A DNA stretch of 64,000 nt from Selaginella moellendorffii (Eukaryota > Plantae > Lycopodiophyta), in contig NW_003314294.1 in assembly GCF_000143415.4 (NCBI RefSeq), forward strand, positions 1,044,416 to 1,108,415, written 5' to 3'. This document shows, one piece after another, positions 58,690 to 64,000 of this stretch. Made by a program: the position numbers and the translations under genes. Each line of letters starts with the position of its first letter. The first letter of the stretch is position 1. Under the pieces are notes generated by a model. The model did no database searches. It was not told where the DNA came from and saw nothing but the letters and a program-made list of their open reading frames with translations.

Positions 58690-61600
58690 TTTCAAAGGTG
58701 ATTTAGTAAAAGGCCTGAGGGCACATGCCATTCTATTTCTCAAACCGGTATTAAGATATACTAGTGCAAAGGGAAAAAGGTATTTGGTGATCAAGTAAAT
58801 GGCATGAGGGCACACGCCATTATAAGCCTAAGCGCTAGTGGACACCTCCTTTTTGGTACTCTCAGCGGTACTATCATCCTTCTCCGGGTCAGTTGTTTTG
58901 CTTTGGATTGTTGTCTCTGACGTTACTGGGGCGTTCTCGATAGTTGTTAATGTTGCCGTTTGTTCAGAAAAATGATCACCTGGAGTATAGTACAGGGAGT
59001 TTGGAAGACTTATATATTCTACATCTTCACCTATCTCCTTCTCCGTCTCCTTTTCTGCCTCACTTACAGATTTTGTGCTTGCCATGAGAACGCTCTTCAC
59101 CCTAAAATATGGAGTTCGTTGTGTTATAAAAGGAAACCAACACACTCGCTGCAAGGGAATGATGGTACATAAAGCACGTAAGCCCACAATATGGGTTTAT
59201 GTGCCATTAATATGGGCCACACGCCATATTATTAGATTTATGCACGTGTGATTGGTAAATGCATATGTCACATCATCTTTGTTTTACCTCACACACTATA
59301 TCAGGCCTAATGAACCATATCACATGTGCGCACATGCTATATATATGGAGAAGTATTATGCAAGGATAGAAATTCAATGCATGATTGTGGAGAGCAATGG
59401 CATGAAGCCACATGCTAAATAACATTTTAGAGAAAGAATTAAAATAAAAACATGCAAACAGTACTAAGTGGACCAAGACTTAGAAGTGCACAATTGAATG
59501 AGGTATTTCTAATAAATACTTCACTCACCTCATATAGGAATGGCTACCACTCTCAAATGGCGTATCGCCTCATGCCATCATCTCGCAATTTGTTATAACA
59601 ATCTGATGAATTCATATTCGGCTTGTTCACCTTGAACTTTAAGTAAGATTTGCTAGAACAACTAAGAATTTATACTTGTTATTTGTATCATCTCACCTAG
59701 GAATGGCGTAAGGCCACATGCCATCACGCCTCCTCTGATTCAGATTCGGATTGTTCACCTTGAAATAAAATACATTAAAAACTTAGTAAAGGAATATTCA
59801 TGAATCTCACCTTGAACCCGGGTTATGAATGCTCTTGCTGCATCTCTTGCATGGTCTGGCAAGGTGATGGTGGCACTCTGCTTCCGCATCCAACCATGCA
59901 CAACATTATCCACCGATATGCTCATGCTGGGATCCCTTGGATTCAGCACCCATCTCTTTTCTAGGCAATCGTTCGTATATCCGAAACTTGGCTTGAACCA
60001 CTCCACAGTTACATTGAAGGAGTTAGTTTCCGCGTCCTCCTCTGCATCAGTGATGCAGCGCCCCACCCATATCATTTGTTTTTTATTACTGGGTCTGACA
60101 AGCACGACCATTCCTTTGCAGACCTGTACTGGATTGAATGCTGAATCCGGCTTTTTGTTTCTCGGCCCACAATAGTGATCCTCAACATCGTTATCTGTCA
60201 CTGCATTTCCAGAGGACATTGTTCTGCTACTATCTGGTGCTCTGGGTTCTGGCCAAAAGGACTCTTCCAATTCTTCATATACAACCGGCCCATTTTGGAT
60301 AGCAGATATAATCTTCTCCCAGTATTCGAGCAAAGGCTTGCACCTCTGAAAATAGGATTCTCCACCAAACACCAACCCCCTCTTCCAGAAGGCAATATGC
60401 TGTCTAATCCCGGCCACTATACTTTCCTGGTCTTTGAGTCCATCCGGGTGCATCGGCCGTGGGGAACCCTGAGGAATCATAGGTTCCCCAGTTATGGGAT
60501 CTTTCTTGAAGAGTTCAATGCCGTCCACTGGCAGCCACACTGTGTCCCATTCTCTCATCTTGTACCTCATCACTGGAGCACCGTCACACATGCTGAAATG
60601 AAACTGAAGAGGCTTGGAGTGGCCAATCAGCGTTTCGGATCCGTCCCTGATGTAACCTCTTACAAACCCCTTAAAGTCTGGAACCTCTGTCAGAAGTGCA
60701 GCTTCAACAGTGCCTTTGATGCAATTTTGGAATTCATCGTAGAGTTGTGGGAGGGTGAGGACATTGGATCGCCGGAGGGACTCTGCCAGGTGACTGAACA
60801 TGGCATCGACGTCTTCATGAGTGTGCCCAACCATGAGAAAGCCAAGTGTAACCGTTTCAAATATGCCTTTGGCAACAAGCATCGCTAAGTACGCGAAGAC
60901 GTACATGTTTTTGTTCTCACTGCCAGCATTGTCTGTTTGGAGCAAAAGATGGGGTGGAAGGCCACATCGGCCGCAAGAACTTCCTTGAGATTCTGCTTCG
61001 TTTGGATGAGGCTGTGCATTCACCGGGCGACCAGCCTCGTCGGAATGGCATGAGGCCTCACGTGATAACCCTACAATCTGACGGCCAACATATTCACTGG
61101 GATGGCATGGGGCCCCACGCGATACTGCAAGCCTTTGCTCCTCCTCCAGCTGAACCCTGTATGGGGTTCGATCGACAAGGGCCTTATGCAAGGGTTGGCC
61201 GTTCAGCTCAGTCTGCACACTTTGCAGAGACCTTAAGTGTTTTGCTAGGGACGCAATCATCATGTTTGCACCCCCGCCACCCCATAGAGGTACAAAGAAG
61301 TTCCCATAGTTCTGGGCACCATGCCCATGAGCGATTATGCCAAACAGAGACACAGGCAGCTGCATGGATGAAGAGATTGCCTTGGGGGCAGGATTGAGTC
61401 GAGGTAAGCACGTCTTTTTCTGGTCCATTTTGTCGTGGATGATGCAGAGGTAAGAGTCAGGTCTCTCCATGGAGAGAATCCTGTTATGATAATATGCAGT
61501 CCTGCAGCTTCTCTGCTCGATGTTGTGGTCGAGCCGCCTTCTAACCAACGTCTCTCGCTCTTGAGCGCTGCAAGAATTCTTCGACAAAGCCATTTTGATA

Positions 61601-63870
61601 GCAGTGCACTCGTCACACTTTGAAAAGCTGGAGTACTTTCCTATACTCACATCCCTGAACCTGTTGCTCCACAATCTACTAAATCTAGATTGGCTCAGCT
61701 TCCTGTAGCCATTACTCTGGAGTTCCCGATTCACATCTTCCAATATGGCCCCCTTGGTATACATGGAAGGGAGAACTCGTTGGGTGTCTCGTGTTCCATC
61801 TTCCAAGAGGCGGGTTTTATGTGGTTGCTGCTCGCTACATGTCTCAACAAACCTCTTGAAGATTGCCTCTCCATATACAACATGACCCTTGGTTTTGTGC
61901 GTACCGTCGTTCCCATGGACTGCCTGTTGAACCCTTTGTTCCTCGAACTTAGTTTTGATTCTGTAGAATGTGGTTCGAGGGACTCCATAAATGATTCTCC
62001 ATGCCTTCATGCAGACCAAACCCCTCTGGAAGACCATGCCCCCCACCTGATGTTCTGAAGCATCAACAGATGACCGTAATGCCTCATACACAAAATTGCG
62101 AGCTGCCTTCCAGGACAATGTCTTGTATCTTGCTCTCTCCTCTTCAATAGCATCCCAATCAGCATGTTGACAGCACCTCCTCTTGCAACAAGCAACTGTC
62201 GAGACCATTCGAACCTCCATCGCCATTTTCTGCCTTTTCGGTTCGTTGCTCAGATCCCTTTGGCTGCGCTTTAGGAAGGTGTACTTTCTTTTCCTATGAA
62301 GAGATGTTCTGTCATCAGTTGTAGTGGTGTTTGATTGTGAATCCTTCACATTCTCAAACACTAAGTGCCTCAATTTCCACCGCACAATGCTTCCAATAGT
62401 CAGACTGTTTTCTTCTGTGTCAACAACCTCTAAAATCGCAACTCCAATATCATCCCAGCCCAATTCTTGATTAGCAACCGCATCTCTTGGATCGACAACT
62501 GTGGCTAAGCCCTCAGCTACCACCTCCCCCTCGGGGTTGTTTAGAAACACCTTTGCCTGAATCCATGTAGCACGGTTCTTAAGATCCACGGAGGGAACAT
62601 GCGTCGCACTTGCGCTGTCCCCAACATCTGTTTTCTTCTGAAGATTTTTCAAGGCAACAACAACATTTACCCCGACGACCATCTCTCCTCGTTCAATAGC
62701 GACCACATTCCCATCGAAGACAGTCTCTACTGATACAGCAGCATTGCCTTCCCCAAGCCTTTGACAGTGTATAACAAAGTTCCGATCCATAGACACAAGG
62801 GTCCCTTTTGCAACTCTCTTCCCACCATTCAAAATGTAAACCTTTTCCCCAACTCTGAAGGCCATTCTGGAAGTGCAGAAAAGAAGTTAAGACCATACAA
62901 AAAATGATTGGAGAATGGCCTAAATCATAACATACCAAACAACCTCAATAGCATGAGGCCATATGCTATTATTCAAACATGCTATTGACACCCACGTGAA
63001 ATTTTGCATTCACAAAATTGGCATGAGGCCTCATGCCATCTTGATATACACACAGCTGCAGGCAAGTAAAAACATACATGACAATACGCTAGCCATGAAA
63101 TTGCAAAGGCCCAAGATGGCATGTGGCCTCATGCCATTTCTAAATGTGGTCCTAAGCCATTCCATGGTGAACATACCAGGAAGCACAAGTGCCGAATATC
63201 AAGAGGAAGCGGTAGCCACACCAAAGACAGTGCCGCTCGCAACACCGCAACTCCTCGTAGCGCCGCTCGCAACACCGCAACTGCTCGTAGCGCCACTCGC
63301 ACAAACTGCCACTCGCATAAACTGCCGCTCGCAATGGCGCTCGCAATGCTGCAACCGCTCGTAGACGCATAAACCACAACCCACAACGCCGCTTACACAA
63401 GCAGCGCTCACTGCGCTCAGCGGAACCAAGAACATGGCGCACAAAAATGATAGACCTAGGAATGAGTTCGAGAATTCAAAAATAACACACGCTTGAACGT
63501 CACATCAAATCCTCTGACAAACCAGATTTTATGATTCCTCTGACAAATTTCAAACTGAGTAGCTTCTAGACTTTGCTGTCGGAGGTTGAACTTTGTCACA
63601 TCATGTCCTTGCCTCGATCCAGCTGTGCCATGTCAGTGATTCGAACTTTGCCATGCCATGTCAGCGATCCGCGCCAAGATTATTCGCTGTGTAAAGGAAT
63701 AATTATGCTGTGTGTGTACGTCCATTTATGGCAATATAAGGCCACACGCCATTCAAAGAATAATGCTCGACATAAGGCCACACGCCATTCAAAGAATAAT
63801 GCTAGTCGAGCATTTTTTGGTGCATTTTTGGGTTCAAAATTGCATGAGCCCACACGCTATAAAGTTTATC
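58690..63870. repeat. Dispersed palindromic motif ATGGCRTRRGGCCWCAYGCCAT around and inside the transposase
   Basis: Full or half copies at ~58710, 58800, 59213, 59556, 59703, 61045, 61102, 62950, 63019, 63116, 63738, 63775, 63841. Confidence 0.75.
59755..62865 (-). CDS. Putative DDD-type cut-and-paste transposase (Sola-superfamily-like), ~1036 aa
   Basis: IIHDKMDQKKT, LLLQTDNAGSENKN and FLMVGHTHEDVDAMFS motifs; Cys clusters CCKRRCC and FSKCDEC; the true start and end are probably spliced (acceptor at ~62870, donor at ~59810). Confidence 0.7.
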   Translation of the reverse strand: MAFRVGEKVYILNGGKRVAKGTLVSMDRNFVIHCQRLGEGNAAVSVETVFDGNVVAIERGEMVVGVNVVVALKNLQKKTDVGDSASATHVPSVDLKNRATWIQAKVFLNNPEGEVVAEGLATVVDPRDAVANQELGWDDIGVAILEVVDTEENSLTIGSIVRWKLRHLVFENVKDSQSNTTTTDDRTSLHRKRKYTFLKRSQRDLSNEPKRQKMAMEVRMVSTVACCKRRCCQHADWDAIEEERARYKTLSWKAARNFVYEALRSSVDASEHQVGGMVFQRGLVCMKAWRIIYGVPRTTFYRIKTKFEEQRVQQAVHGNDGTHKTKGHVVYGEAIFKRFVETCSEQQPHKTRLLEDGTRDTQRVLPSMYTKGAILEDVNRELQSNGYRKLSQSRFSRLWSNRFRDVSIGKYSSFSKCDECTAIKMALSKNSCSAQERETLVRRRLDHNIEQRSCRTAYYHNRILSMERPDSYLCIIHDKMDQKKTCLPRLNPAPKAISSSMQLPVSLFGIIAHGHGAQNYGNFFVPLWGGGGANMMIASLAKHLRSLQSVQTELNGQPLHKALVDRTPYRVQLEEEQRLAVSRGAPCHPSEYVGRQIVGLSREASCHSDEAGRPVNAQPHPNEAESQGSSCGRCGLPPHLLLQTDNAGSENKNMYVFAYLAMLVAKGIFETVTLGFLMVGHTHEDVDAMFSHLAESLRRSNVLTLPQLYDEFQNCIKGTVEAALLTEVPDFKGFVRGYIRDGSETLIGHSKPLQFHFSMCDGAPVMRYKMREWDTVWLPVDGIELFKKDPITGEPMIPQGSPRPMHPDGLKDQESIVAGIRQHIAFWKRGLVFGGESYFQRCKPLLEYWEKIISAIQNGPVVYEELEESFWPEPRAPDSSRTMSSGNAVTDNDVEDHYCGPRNKKPDSAFNPVQVCKGMVVLVRPSNKKQMIWVGRCITDAEEDAETNSFNVTVEWFKPSFGYTNDCLEKRWVLNPRDPSMSISVDNVVHGWMRKQSATITLPDHARDAARAFITRVQGEIHEYSFTKFLMYFISR

Positions 63871-64000
63871 TGTACCAAAAATAGAAACAGCTTTATTTAC
63901 TTGGGAATTTAAGTGGTTGAGGCATTTTTAAACTTACAAACACATGCCCTACTTACATTCCTTTGGTTGCTTAAAATTCAAAAATATTATAAACCTTTCT

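Overview
Eukaryotic, transposon-rich plant DNA. Very short GT-AG introns, abundant PLS-type PPR genes and Tcn1/Tf1-like gypsy elements suggest a non-seed plant, most like the lycophyte Selaginella (inference). The main result is an intron-less 823-aa ORF (38576-41047) that fuses a complete S-adenosylmethionine decarboxylase to a complete plant-type ornithine decarboxylase, downstream of the plant SAMDC tiny/small overlapping uORF switch. This would put both committed decarboxylation steps of spermidine synthesis in one primary translation product under polyamine feedback. Other host-type genes: two inverted copies of an unknown 199-aa hydrophobic protein gene, a signal-peptide-bearing tandem-Hsp20 protein, a PPR gene, PORR and PPR pseudogene fragments, and a gene with tandemly repeated micro-exons. 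Mobile elements: an intact very young Ty1/copia with its empty site present in the paralogous locus, a tandem self-priming gypsy with a -1 frameshift signal, nested degenerate LTR elements with satellite-bearing LTRs, and a Sola-like DDD transposase surrounded by palindromic motifs.
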